DNA from: Candidatus Bathyarchaeota archaeon
GTDB lineage: Archaea; Thermoproteota; Bathyarchaeia; Bathyarchaeales; Bathycorpusculaceae
DNA length: 64,000 bases
Direction of reading: 5' to 3'
Assembly (NCBI GenBank): GCA_963770935.1
Contig: CAVYRJ010000009.1
Span: 1 to 64,000 of the forward strand
Shown: one piece after another, positions 50,178 to 64,000 of the stretch
How positions within the stretch are numbered: the stretch's first letter is position 1
How the letters are laid out: each line of letters begins with the position of its first letter
Made by a program: the position numbers and the translations under genes
The notes under the pieces: generated by a model
What the model was told of the DNA's origin: nothing
Seen by the model: only the letters and a program-made list of their open reading frames with translations
Databases searched by the model: none

Positions 50178-50306
50178 ATTTAATTCAGAAACACGTTCAC
50201 CGATGTTATAAATAGATTTTATGAATACAGAATTCAGGTTAAAACTTATTTGGAGCCAGAATCGTTTTCATCCATGGCTTCGCGAATTATCTCGACTTCC
50301 CGAACA

Positions 50307-50612
50307 CTATAGCCGTTTGTTGGTGGCTTTTAGGACTATGCGTTCTTGCCAGCCGCAGTCGGGGCATTCGTAGCTTGGCGGTAGTATTCCTATGTGTGCC
50401 CACATGTCTCCTCCTGTGCTTTTTGCACGTTCAACTTTGGGGCTTTTGCATCTGGGGCAAACCTGAATATCAACTTGGTATCCCTGCTTCTCAAGCTCTT
50501 CAAGGGCTTCTGTAACTTCCTTGGCGTTTTGGATTGCTGTTTCTTCCTGCACCTGCTCTACGATGGTGAGCTGCTTCTTCCGCTTTTTCTTCTGTTCTTG
50601 AGTTTCTCCCAT
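50307..50612 (-). CDS. Zinc-ribbon hypothetical protein
   Basis: CPRCKS...YECPDCGW. Confidence 0.7.
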   Translation of the reverse strand: MGETQEQKKKRKKQLTIVEQVQEETAIQNAKEVTEALEELEKQGYQVDIQVCPRCKSPKVERAKSTGGDMWAHIGILPPSYECPDCGWQERIVLKATNKRL

Positions 50613-50761
50613 TTCATTGCCACCCTAATACAACATTTCTATAGGTGTATCTTAAAGAAAGGTTTTCTGGTTGGATTACTATCAGAAAATGGTATGCGCG
50701 CGAGCATATTTCGATTTTAACAGAACTTTATAAGGGAAATTTAAGGGAGAGGTCGAATCTT

Positions 50762-50902
50762 TTAGTGTCCTGAGTGGGTAAATAGAATCAGGGTTTCGCA
50801 TTGTGGGCATTGATGGTAGATTACTTGTTTTTGGCGATTGCATTTGGGTTTCATTTCTATGAAGCAGGTTGGGCAAAGGGGCGCTTTAGTTTTTGCTGGC
50901 AT
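50762..50902 (-). CDS. 46-aa CPxC zinc-finger microprotein
   Basis: MPAKTKAPLCPTC.IEM.........HQCPQCET; TATA-like element upstream; not in the ORF track. Confidence 0.6.
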   Translation of the reverse strand: MPAKTKAPLCPTCFIEMKPKCNRQKQVIYHQCPQCETLILFTHSGH

Positions 50903-51267
50903 TAATCCTAAGCTATCTTTTTAGCGATATAACCTTTGTCCGAAAAATCCCTGATTGAATCTAAGAGTACCAGTCAATTAAGGCTGGCGTTAACAGTGCT
51001 GTTAAGTCCTGAGTTAAGGTGTTTATTTGGTCGCAGCTGAGTTGACTGTAGGAGCAAACCTTCTTGTTCACACTTATCACAAAAGACTATGGCTAAGTTA
51101 ACTCATAAATTTTTGTATAAAAACAACGAAAAAAAACCAATCAAAACAAAATAAAAACCTCTTCAGCAATATGACAAGTTACGCCATGCATAGACCAAAC
51201 ACTTCACTTCACACCGTACCGAAAGATGCGTCTCAACCAAATATCGCTCAGACACTACATTGACTCG

Positions 51268-54290
<3,023 letters not shown>

Positions 54291-54929
54291 GGCCAATGGT
54301 AGTGTCTGTTTGGCGTTTGGTGAAACACATATTTCATTGTATAGTGTGTTGCGTCGTTGTTGTTTGGCCTATGCATGGTGTCATTGTGAGCTACTAGTGA
54401 CTTAAGTCGCTCATTCACCCTTCACTCCACACTAGTTAGGTGGGGAGTTGCATCTCAGTTTTTATGGTATAACCCATATTGCTGAATTGCATTAGAAGCG
54501 GAATTCGTTAATATAAGTGTATCGTTGGACAGCTGCATGGTTTGTTGGCGTTGTTTTTGTGCGTGGGTCTGCTTCTTTTGCTCTTCACTCGAGCAAATGT
54601 TTTGTTGCCGAGTTGCATTTGTGGGGAACCTTACTAGCAGCTTTCCGCCATATAAGATTGTCGTACCATATAGAACAACATTGATACTTTTTGTTCTGTT
54701 CAAACCCAATTGGAAATGGAATTTAGGTTTTTTTATGTCTAGACTTTCTTTTTAGGGCATCATTGCACCCTGCGGGCAAATTCGCAGAAAAATTATAGAC
54801 CTACGTATAAAGGTCAGTATTCTAAGCAAAAAAAGCTACTATTGACTAGCTTACTTTTTAATATTTAGCAGTAACTTTTATTTGGGTTGTGTTTTATGTG
54901 TTGGTGTAATCTGGGGAAGTTTGTCGGGT

Positions 54930-55006
54930 GCCTCGATAGCTCAGCCCAGTAGAGCGGCTGCCTTGTAAGCAGCAGGCCGCGGGAGCAAGGCCCGCTCGAG
55001 GCTCCA
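54930..55006 (+). tRNA. tRNA-Thr(TGT) with atypical D- and T-loops
   Basis: Acceptor GCCTCGA/TCGAGGC, anticodon arm GCTGC-CTTGTAA-GCAGC, T stem GCGGG/CCCGC, encoded CCA. Confidence 0.88.
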
Positions 55007-55016
55007 TAAAAAAATT

Positions 55017-55247
55017 TTAGACTTTAGTTTCGGGGTCTTCTTCTTTGGCTGCCTTGGGATCTTTTCCCGTCAACGAATACTTTCGGGCTTTCGTCTCGAT
55101 GATTTCTTGTTCAAAGAATTTCTTGAGTGATTTGAACACTTTTTTGCAGGGTTCCCCAGTTTTGTCGGTTAGTTCCTGAAGAGTTAACTCTTTACCTTCT
55201 GTTTTGAGTGTTTGGTAGACTTTTTCGTCGACTTTATTTAGTTTCAT
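55017..55247 (-). CDS. Small winged-helix protein
   Basis: LNKVDEKVYQTL...LTLQELTDKTG....KVFKSLKK. Confidence 0.65.
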   Translation of the reverse strand: MKLNKVDEKVYQTLKTEGKELTLQELTDKTGEPCKKVFKSLKKFFEQEIIETKARKYSLTGKDPKAAKEEDPETKV

Positions 55248-56194
55248 TCCAGTCCACTGCCTTGTTCTTTGTTTATTGGCAGAGTGGCTTTTTCAAGTTT
55301 GCGGTACTTTCTGCAAAAATTAGTTCCTGCCTGCGTCGATTGAGAATTCGTAAATAATCCGAAGCCCTCTGAGGATTGCTCAACGAATCCTCTGGTGATG
55401 CCTTTTTGGTCTGCAAATAGGCCTTGGCTTTATTTTGTGGTTTGGCGCCACTTACCGTTGCAAAAACTAATAAAATCACAAGCTATGCAAGAGCATTTAA
55501 CGCCTATATCGCAGCAATCATCTATTTGTTGTTTTTCCATTTCTAAACTTCCATTGGAAAACAATTATCGGGTTTAGTAATAAAAGGCAAATTCCTAAGC
55601 CTTGCATATGTCAAATTCAGTAGCATCGCTCATTATTTCTAATTTAGAAGCGTCTAAAATAGGTCACTTTTCAAGGGAAAAACTTGCCCCATAATTGTCT
55701 GTTTTTTCTATCCAACAGTTTGGATAATGCCTGCCCTTAGGAGTCGATGGACAAAGAATTATCCGATTATAAAAGGGGAAAAATTGATTGGCATTGCCCA
55801 CGAACCATGTTAAAATATCAACAACTCTCTCCTGACAACAACAAGCAACTTGGAAAAGACGTCTCACATCAACAACAACCAAACAAACCCAAAACCACAA
55901 CCTAAACTAAAAACAAAAGCCAAAAAACAGCCGCCCAGCAAGGCTTGTTCATAAAAACTCCTACAACAACCAAAACAAAAAATAGAAAACAAGAAAAGCA
56001 AACTCAAAACAAGCCACTACATTTTTGCAAAATCAACTGTTCTTCTTCTGTAGTCAAACAACAAATGTCTAAAATTCCCTTTAATCTTTAGGCTTGGCAG
56101 ATAGGCATTTTCAGATTAATTCTCACTTTTTTGTATGCACAGATTCAGGCATAACAAAAGGAACAATAAACCCGCTGAAGAGGGCAACTAACCA

Positions 56195-56809
56195 CTATAG
56201 CTTGCCTAGAAGTACTCGAAAACCGCTCTCCCGCGCAACAACCCAACAATTGCCAAAGGTTTCATTAAACAATACAGGCAATATTTTTGCGCCGATTTTA
56301 GAGCGTATAACCATCTGAAAACTTGCTTCTGGCGCCATCACTTTTGGAGCGCCCGTCACAATTGCTCTCACTGTTTCCATGCCTGCACTCACAGGAGGAT
56401 TCGAGAGGACACAATTGAACTTTAAATCTCCAACAGGCTCGTAGAAGAAGCCGAAGCGTACCTCGGAGTTAGTAACCCTGTTTAAGCCGACGTTCTTCTT
56501 GGCTAACCGAACCGCACGCGCATTCACGTCTGTCATGACAACTCGCAACTTTGTATTGAATTTAGCAGCTGCAATTCCGACAACACCGTACCCGCAACCG
56601 ATGTCCAAAACGAAGCCTTTTTCTGGCAAAACCATAGATTCGATGAGCAACCTAGTGCCAGAATCAACTTTTCGCTTCGAAAAAACACTTGATGCAGTCA
56701 AAAACTCGAAAGGTTTGCCGCAGAGACTGGTTCGAACAAGTCCGAAGCGCTCCTTGGACTTAGGCGCAGACACAAAATAGTGCTCAACGCTGTTTTGGTC
56801 TTTGCTCAT
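56195..56809 (-). CDS. RsmC-like small methyltransferase
   Basis: EHYF, VFSK..VDSGT, LDIGCGYG, SNPP. Confidence 0.9.
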   Translation of the reverse strand: MSKDQNSVEHYFVSAPKSKERFGLVRTSLCGKPFEFLTASSVFSKRKVDSGTRLLIESMVLPEKGFVLDIGCGYGVVGIAAAKFNTKLRVVMTDVNARAVRLAKKNVGLNRVTNSEVRFGFFYEPVGDLKFNCVLSNPPVSAGMETVRAIVTGAPKVMAPEASFQMVIRSKIGAKILPVLFNETFGNCWVVARESGFRVLLGKL

Positions 56810-57815
56810 GTGCGCTTCCAGTCTTCCAAACTTTTGGGTAAGTGCCCCGTGGCATTAGCACACGAGAAGAAGCTGCAACTACGCCGTGGGTTAGCTCAAT
56901 TATTTCCTGGGTGGACACAAGAGCTTTTGCCAACGCAATTGCTTCGCCTTTCAAAGTGAAAACTGCAACAACCGAACCCTTCATGATTCCAGTGTCAACA
57001 TGCAGTACCCCTGGCGCAGTCAAATTAGCTCCATGACAGAGCGCATCAACAGCTGAGTCGCGAACGATTATTTTAGGTATCTGCATGAGGGCCACTTCCA
57101 TGGGCTCGATGAATTTGCAAAGGAAGGATTGGTCTTTTTTCTCTTCATATTCGCCAAACCAGTAAGCTACATCGTGCAAGGTGACTTTTTTGGTGCTGGT
57201 TTCAAGGAAGGGTCCTGCACGTGTGCGGCGAAGCTCTTGCATGTGTGCGCCTACGCCGAGGATTTCGCCGATGTCAAAGCAGAGTTTGCGGATGTAGGTG
57301 CCGCCTTCGCAGCCGACTTTGAAGAGCACGTTGCGTCCATTCATTTCGATGTATTCGTTATAGTAAATCCTCCTGGTACGCAGTTGCCTCTTAACTGAAG
57401 AACGTAATGGGGGGCGCTGAAAAATTTCGTCCTCAAACTCTGCAAGGACGCGTTTAACTTGGTCTTCACGTACGTCGCCATGGAGTTTCATGACGCAAAC
57501 GTATTCTTTGCCACTGTGGAGAAGTGCCTGAACCATTTTGGTAGCGTCTTCTAGTGTGATGGGCAAAATACCCGTAACTTTCGGGTCAAGGGTTCCTCCA
57601 TGCCCAATCGCATCTAAATGCATGATTTTTTTTACCCAGGCGGCAACCTCGTGGCTTGTTGGACCTGCAGGCTTATCCAAATTTATGGTGCCGTATTTGA
57701 TGTATTCTTTTGCTGGTCGCTCAGAGGGTTTGCAACCGTACTTTGGGTCGGTGTGGTCCTCTTTTTTTGTTAGCAGTTCACGTTTGGTTTCCCATGGAGG
57801 GGTTGTTCTGGGCAT
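56784..57815 (-). CDS. cbf5: H/ACA RNA-guided pseudouridine synthase Cbf5
   Basis: DKPAGPTSHEV, GHGGTLDPKVTG, GTYIR, PUA domain. Confidence 0.95.
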   Translation of the reverse strand: MPRTTPPWETKRELLTKKEDHTDPKYGCKPSERPAKEYIKYGTINLDKPAGPTSHEVAAWVKKIMHLDAIGHGGTLDPKVTGILPITLEDATKMVQALLHSGKEYVCVMKLHGDVREDQVKRVLAEFEDEIFQRPPLRSSVKRQLRTRRIYYNEYIEMNGRNVLFKVGCEGGTYIRKLCFDIGEILGVGAHMQELRRTRAGPFLETSTKKVTLHDVAYWFGEYEEKKDQSFLCKFIEPMEVALMQIPKIIVRDSAVDALCHGANLTAPGVLHVDTGIMKGSVVAVFTLKGEAIALAKALVSTQEIIELTHGVVAASSRVLMPRGTYPKVWKTGSAHEQRPKQR

Positions 57816-57878
57816 TCTCGGGTTTTTTCTCCTAGTTGGTGGTAAGAAAAAGAAGTTTGAGGTAATTAAAGTTTAAAA

Positions 57879-58157
57879 TTACTCTGCTTTTGCGGGTTGG
57901 GTCATATCTTTGAGTTTGCCTGCAGCTTCTAGGGCTTGAGCAACTTCCTCGTCTGAGGCGCCTCTTTTAACTTCAATCTTATCTACAAGAGGCATGACAT
58001 GGTTTATGTTGACTCGCCTGCGCTTAACACCTGTAACTTTTCTTGGTCCCGTAACTAAAACGAAACTCTTGTCCATGACATCGATAATGACGCATTTTTT
58101 GCCGTTTTCTCGACCGAGCTGTTTTATGCATAACCTTCCGACTTCAATAGCGGGCAT
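57879..58157 (-). CDS. rpl14e: 50S ribosomal protein L14e
   Basis: MPAIEVGRLCIKQLGRENGKKCVIIDV...VKRRRVN. Confidence 0.93.
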   Translation of the reverse strand: MPAIEVGRLCIKQLGRENGKKCVIIDVMDKSFVLVTGPRKVTGVKRRRVNINHVMPLVDKIEVKRGASDEEVAQALEAAGKLKDMTQPAKAE

Positions 58158-58403
58158 GTTTTGTTGTGTCTCCTTAAAAACCAATAAACAGAGAATCTGT
58201 ATTTAAGCATGACATTATTCGAGTTAAAAAATTAGAAAGCACCGCGTGTTTTGTAATGCTAATTGCTTCAATAAGCGCCAATGCTGACCTATCCCCCTAT
58301 GTGTTCTCGAATAGGATTGTTAGTGGCTTAAACATGAAGTTTCCCAAAGTTTTAAAGCATCCATCCCCAACTATGTTTCTGCAAGTAGTTACCGTGGTCT
58401 AAT

Positions 58404-59463
58404 TTGAGTTTAAATTACCATTACATGCAGCTTCCACGTGAAGTAATTGTTGGAAAAGGCACTCTCAAGCGTGTTCCGGAAGTCGTCAAGAGGTTAGGCA
58501 TCAAAGGAAAAGCTCTAGTGATATCGGACCAGCTATGTTACGAACTTGCTGGGAAGACAGTTTCTAAACTTCTTGAAGAGTCAGGTTTGGCTGTAGATTT
58601 TCTTCTTGTTAAAACCATGACAACCAAAGATGTGTTAGACGTTGAAAACCAAATAAAAGAGTTAAAGCCGCAAATACTCTTTGGTGTGGGCGGCGGAACA
58701 ATAATTGACTCCGCCAAAGTAAGTTCAGGTAGCCAAAACATACCCTTTCATCAGCGTACCCACAACCGTCTCCCATGACGGCATCGCCAGCCCCCTTGCC
58801 TCAATCAAAGGCTCAGACAAACCCTACTCGATTCTGGCGCAGGCACCCCTGGCAATAATTGCTGACACCGAAGTTATTGCTCAGGCACCTTGGCGGTTTG
58901 TGATAAGTGGTTGCGGAGACATAATCTCCAAGTTTACCGCTGTCAAAGATTGGAAGCTCGCGCACTTAGAAAACGGCGAATATTACGGTGGGTATGCGGC
59001 TAGTTTGGCGTTGATGAGCGCGAAATTGGTAACGGAGAATGCTGAGCTAATTGTTTATCGGCAGGATGAAGGTTTGCGGATTCTTCTGGAAGCTTTGATT
59101 AGCTGTGGGGTTGCTATGAGCATTGCTGGGAGCAGTCGCCCCTGTAGTGGCTCTGAACACCTCTTTAGCCACGCCTTAGATATCATAAATTCAAATCATG
59201 CCATGCACGGCGAACAATGTGGTGTTGGCACAATCCTCACTGCTTACCTATACAGAACAAATTGGCAACGCATAAAAAGCACTCTCAAACAAATCGGCGC
59301 CCCAACAACCGCCACTGAATTAGGCGTTAAAGACTCAGATATTGTTAAAGCGTTGGATTTAGCGGCGAAAATAAGGCCCGAGCGCTACACAATCCTGCAC
59401 AGACTAAACCTCAACACGGAAGCCTGCGAAAAAACAGCCAAAGCCACGGGAATAATCAATTAA
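58404..59463 (+). CDS. egsA: Glycerol-1-phosphate dehydrogenase with one frameshift at ~58747
   Basis: GVGGGTIID; removing one T restores [18 protein letters not shown]; [22 protein letters not shown]. Confidence 0.92.
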
Positions 59464-60102
59464 ACACGTATGGGCTGAATTTTCTGGATGGTTGTGTTTT
59501 TAGGTTTGATGTTTGTTTGCTTTGTTTTTCGGGTTTTGTTTGATTGTGGCTGTAGGTTGTAGCGGCGTTTTTTCCATGCAGGTTGTTGATTTAAGAGCTA
59601 GAACTTGTTGATGGCGGCGAAGGTTTTGGATCTGAAAATCTTGGAGTTATTGCTAAGAATAGTTCGGCTCCAAATTAATTGTTGAATAAACTAAGGCGAT
59701 GAATTAGTTCTGTATCGTTTGTTCTTTTTTGGATTTTCTTCTTTAGTTGTGGTTGTGGGTTTTTTGTGTGCACAAGGGGACTGGGTGGTTGTGTTTCGGT
59801 TTGGGGTTTGTTTGGTTGTGGTTGTTGAGGCTGTTTTTCATGTTGGTTGTGGCTGGTTGTGGATCAGTTGTGGGTGGTAGAAGTACTCTTTTTGAGCTGA
59901 ATTTATTTATGCTTGGGCGGTTCTTTAAAGAAAAGGCTCGGCTACGTATCAACTGTTGCGTAAACAGCTAAGGCAATACGCCAGAAAACGTTATCATGTG
60001 TTCCAGCAGGATGCGAGAAACCAATAGCGCCGATCATGCGCAACCCATAGCGTTCAACGTTTAATTTGATTCAAACGCTATAAAAAGGAGTTTGAGTTGC
60101 TA

Positions 60103-60939
60103 TTATGGCTTAGCAGTTTTTGCTGCTTTGGGCGCCTTTATAGTTTTAACTTCGGTTGGGGTTTTTTCTTCTTCCGTTGGCTTTGCTTCTGCTACTGGTT
60201 CAGTTGTTTCAGATGCAGGGGCAGCTGGAGTGGCTGCAACTGGGACTGGTTTAGGCTCTGCTTTGAAGGTTTCAACGAACCTTGTCTCAGCCAACTCTGG
60301 AAGGAACTTTTGGATGTCCATGGCGATGCCTCGTTTAGCGATTTGTATACCCTCAACGTAGAAGGTTTCTTCAGGCAGGTCTATGGTTAAGTCACAGCCT
60401 TGTATAGTTAGTTTGAATTTGTTTTCTTCTACCACCGGGACTCTGCGATGAATTATGGCGCCGATTTTCTGTTCCGCTGTGTCAAGTTTGTTTGTTATTG
60501 TGACGTCGTAGATGAGGGTTCTTCCTGCTAGTGGTGGATTGAAGTCTAGTAGGACTCTTCCTGCGCCTACAGAGCGAATGGTAGCGTTCTTGCCTTGGTA
60601 TTCGATGCGTGCACCGACGACAGGGTTAATTTCTTTTGCATAGAGCTGTTTGATTGAGACGCGTTTGATTTTTTCTGGGTCACGTTGCCCGAAGCCTTTG
60701 TCGGGAGAAATCTCCACTGTTCCGGGTTTGTTTACTTCCATTGTTGCTAATGCTTCATCTAGGGCTTTTAGGACCCAGCCTTCGCCTAAAACAACAAGTT
60801 CAGGCTCATGAATTTGTCCTTCTTTGTGAAGATGCTCTTTCTTTGCGACAGCATCTTTGGTAGTGTCGAAAACTTCGTTTGTTTCCTTAACTTTGGCGAC
60901 ATAATCGATTAGTATGAAATCTCCTTTTTGTAGGGCCAT
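60103..60939 (-). CDS. slyD: Archaeal long-type FKBP peptidyl-prolyl isomerase
   Basis: GDFILIDY...EVFDTT, GFGQRDP, DFNPPLAG. Confidence 0.9.
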   Translation of the reverse strand: MALQKGDFILIDYVAKVKETNEVFDTTKDAVAKKEHLHKEGQIHEPELVVLGEGWVLKALDEALATMEVNKPGTVEISPDKGFGQRDPEKIKRVSIKQLYAKEINPVVGARIEYQGKNATIRSVGAGRVLLDFNPPLAGRTLIYDVTITNKLDTAEQKIGAIIHRRVPVVEENKFKLTIQGCDLTIDLPEETFYVEGIQIAKRGIAMDIQKFLPELAETRFVETFKAEPKPVPVAATPAAPASETTEPVAEAKPTEEEKTPTEVKTIKAPKAAKTAKP

Positions 60940-61247
60940 CTTGAATCATCCTTTGTCTTAACGGGACTCTTTAAGTTTCAAACGCGCATAAAAACTTTGT
61001 CTAGGAAAACAACTTGCAGTTATCTGCAATGATTTATGCTACCTGATTTAAGAATAAAGTAGCCATTTAAGATTATGTATAAAACTTGAGTCCATTGATA
61101 AGGGCTAAACTTACCAATTTGAGTTTAATTCTGAAAGATGATGCAGGTGTGAAAAATGCTGTTTAATCATCATTATCATCATCACCTTCTCCAGCGCACC
61201 CATTTGGATTGTAAAGCTCCTGTCAACTATTTTACACTGCGCAAGAA

Positions 61248-62360
61248 TTATTTTTTCTTGCCGTTCGCCTGCTCAAGTTTTGTGGGCAAATACTCATCAA
61301 CGATATATGTTAATCCGTAGCGGCTGAAAGCTTCCTGCTCCGCCTTGCGCTTAATTTTAAGGAACAGCTTGATTTCTCGTTGCCAAAGTGGGTCGTTTTG
61401 GTACCGCGGGTCCTTCTGTAACTCGTAGAGACGTTTAATGTCAACTTCATCTAGTGGGTCGGTAGGTAGCTTGTACTCGACGATGTCGGATGCCCAAACC
61501 CCACTCCAGACAGCGTCAGGCGTATTTAATTCTCTGAGGTGGGCGGCGTTGGCTGAGCCGGAGATGATAACTTGGGCAATGTGCATTCCCCAAGGGTCAC
61601 CATCAGTCAGAATAAAGACTGGCAAATTCAACTCATCGTGCAAACGTCTAATGAAGCTACGGGTTTGCCTTGGAGCTTGTCCACCGCAGGAAATAAGCAG
61701 CGACTTGTGTTTGTTGTGTACGTTTTCTTCGATGAACCTTGTGAATAGGGCGCCTTTCTCGATGGCTATGACTTTGTCGGCTTTTGTGTTTATGAATTCG
61801 GCTGAAGTTAAAGCTGGACCGATGAGTACTCCGTCTGGGTGGCTGGTTAAGTTGAGTGTTTTGCCTTCGTAGCCTGGAACAGTGTAGCCTATGTCTAAGT
61901 CGCCAAAAATGGCGCTGCGTTCTTCAGGAAAGATATGGAAGTCTTCTCGGGCAAAACCCGTGAGGGTTTCAAGATCGGTGATAATGTTGTTTGATTCCTG
62001 CTGATCAGTGAAGGTCATCTCGTAAGCTTGTGCTGAATAATAGACATCTCTTAACGTGGAGGTTTTGCGTTGGGTTGTGAGTTCGTTGCTGAACATTGCT
62101 GCCCAAGCGAGTTGTGTGAAGGGTTTGATGTGGCGGATGTTGCGGGCGCTTCGGCTAACAATTCTTTCGCCTAGGATGTATTGACGCAGTGTTGGATCAT
62201 AGTTGATGTTTTCAGTGGAACGGCTAGGCATGTTAATGGTTGGAAAGACACCTTGGTCTAGTTGATTGTAGATTTGTGTGCCGAAGGTTTTGAGGCCTGC
62301 AATGACCTCGTTTTGTCTTTCGGCGATTTTAGCTTTCTTCTGCGCCATATTTCTGTACAC
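61248..62360 (-). CDS. top6A: DNA topoisomerase VI subunit A
   Basis: TLRDVYY, AIEK, GQAPR, TDGDPWG, KAEQEA. Confidence 0.95.
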   Translation of the reverse strand: MYRNMAQKKAKIAERQNEVIAGLKTFGTQIYNQLDQGVFPTINMPSRSTENINYDPTLRQYILGERIVSRSARNIRHIKPFTQLAWAAMFSNELTTQRKTSTLRDVYYSAQAYEMTFTDQQESNNIITDLETLTGFAREDFHIFPEERSAIFGDLDIGYTVPGYEGKTLNLTSHPDGVLIGPALTSAEFINTKADKVIAIEKGALFTRFIEENVHNKHKSLLISCGGQAPRQTRSFIRRLHDELNLPVFILTDGDPWGMHIAQVIISGSANAAHLRELNTPDAVWSGVWASDIVEYKLPTDPLDEVDIKRLYELQKDPRYQNDPLWQREIKLFLKIKRKAEQEAFSRYGLTYIVDEYLPTKLEQANGKKK

Positions 62361-63857
62361 TCTTGAGTAGTTTATCTATGTCTGGACGCTTTTCCTGCTG
62401 GGCAAGGGTGGTTGCGAACTCGGCGATTTTGGGCAGGTACTTGCTGAAAATTCCCAATCGTTTCTTCTCCATGTGCACATGCTCTTGTCTTGCCAGAAAA
62501 TGCTGAAGCTGACGTGCAACTTCACGCAGGGCGTTTGCGACTTCTCTTCGTACTTCAGGTCGGTCGGAGATGAATTCTTTGCCCACCGTTTTGTAGGGGA
62601 CTTTGGTACTGCATATATGCACAACTATCGCGATGGGCATTTCAGGAGCGACCTTGTATCGACGCCAATTCATCGCGGCGATTACACGGTAGGAAACATC
62701 GCTTGCTTCGTCGTATAGCAGGGGGATTTTGTTAGCAAAACGGTAAATAACAAAGGTGCCACGTTTTGGCACGTCTCCACCATAAGCCATGGCCAACTCA
62801 ACAATGAATGGGTGACCAGCATAAGTGGATGGCTTGCGTTGGTGAACAACAAGGTATTCTGGTTTGAGTTCTTTTTGGATACCAGCTTTAAGCAGGTCTT
62901 CGCCAAGTGGGGAGAGGCAACTGGCATCGGGGGGCAGGAAATCCTTGTATTTTTTGAGGTTCTGCATTAAACGCACAATTTCTTCATGAGATAGTTTTTT
63001 GGGATTTTTGTTTTGGGGAATGCCAGCGAACTCGAGGAATTTTTGGGCAGTTATCTCGCCGACTCGGTGAAAGTGCCCTTTTAAGAATTCTTTCATATTA
63101 GAGAATGTTGTTATTTGGATGAGGCGTTGGAGAAGTTCTACATCGACTCCATAAGGATGGGGCATGGTTTCTTTAGGCGACTCAGGCATAACGGTAGTTG
63201 CCCGTGTAAACTTGTAGAGCCTGACCTTTAGGGTCAACAAAAGTTATGTTTGCATATGGGTTTACCATGGCAGTTTGCTTGAAGTACTCTATGATTTTCG
63301 GCATGGCACGCAGGTAATCGCCTTCCAACGTGAATTCAACGATGGTGCCGCGCCAATTGGTCTTTGTTGATGAGGACTTTGCGGTCTAAAATTATGGGTT
63401 TGTTCCGCTGAATATCAATCATTAATTTGAAACTATAAATTTTTTCTTGACCAGTACTCGAGGTTACAAAAACTGGTTGATGCGTTGTGATTTGTCCATA
63501 GAGCACTGCCATTTTGCCGCCTAAACCGAAGGTTCCTCGTGCCTGTTTGAGCTTGTATTTGCTGCCGTAGAGCACTTGGCCAAAAGCTGAGGGGATGAAT
63601 CGGGGTGGAATTCCGCTGCCGTTGTCTTCGACGCGGAGTTTGTAGATTTGGGTTTCTTTGGTGGCTTCCCCCTCGTAGGATAAGCGTACGTAGACATCTG
63701 GCGGGATTTTTTGACTCTCCGCTGCATCAAGCGAGTTTTCAACAATTTCTCGTATGGCAACAAAGATGGCACGTGAAGGGTTTGTTAAGCCTGCAATGTC
63801 GCGGTTTCGGTAGAAAAAGTCTGATGCACTGATTTCTTCAAAGGTTGCTTGAGCCAC
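62329..63857 (-). CDS. top6B: DNA topoisomerase VI subunit B with two frameshifts (~63357 and ~63224)
   Basis: EIVENSLDA, EDNGSG, RGTFGLG; the middle frame reads WRGTIVEFTLEGDY...NPYANITFVDP; RFANKIPLLYD. Confidence 0.93.
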
Positions 63858-64000
63858 TTGCCGCTTACACCACTTTCCCCGTTTTTAGTTTGCAGATTGT
63901 TTAGTATATTTGCTTCTTGTTCTTTAAGTTAACTGCACCTTGAGGAGAAACACCTTGTTCCAAAAGCAGGCTTCAGCATGCTTGAATGGTTACTTTTGCT

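Noticed and set aside
59470-59970. GT-rich low-complexity tract with ORFs (a CA-rich tract also lies at 55850-56030)
   Set aside because: Compositionally skewed intergenic DNA with no repeat unit; the ORFs look spurious
63224-63357. Programmed frameshifting in top6B or egsA
   Set aside because: No slippery heptamer or stimulatory structure; scattered indels are better explained by sequencing error

Overview
Archaeal chromosomal window, most likely Bathyarchaeia (inferred from Top6A/B, Cbf5, L14e, aCPSF1, proteasome beta, EgsA, a tRNA with a BHB intron, and a large membrane-anchored PQQ-type propeller protein). In order it contains: a larE-larC-larB / NikMN nickel locus with a NikR-type operator; an unassigned ~145-nt structured RNA candidate; an intron-containing tRNA-Arg(CCT) that heads a ~14-kb island divided into gene cassettes by repeated copies of a tRNA 3' end; core and accessory metabolic genes; a deaminase / UDG-like / papain-protease cluster; queT-queC behind a structured leader that could be an archaeal preQ0/preQ1 riboswitch; a stand-alone 23S rRNA gene; and a tRNA-Thr(TGT) with a non-canonical T-loop. 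The island cargo includes a terpene-cyclase-like gene paired with an NTase-like gene, two GGX-repeat paralogs, three promoter-plus-hairpin repeats near an AbiV-like HEPN gene, a glpA-like operon and cysteine synthase. Single-base frameshifts in essential genes (egsA, top6B) point to indel errors in the assembly, so pseudogene calls are tentative. No CRISPR array and no intact integrase or transposase were seen. All calls come from reading motifs by eye; no database search was run.
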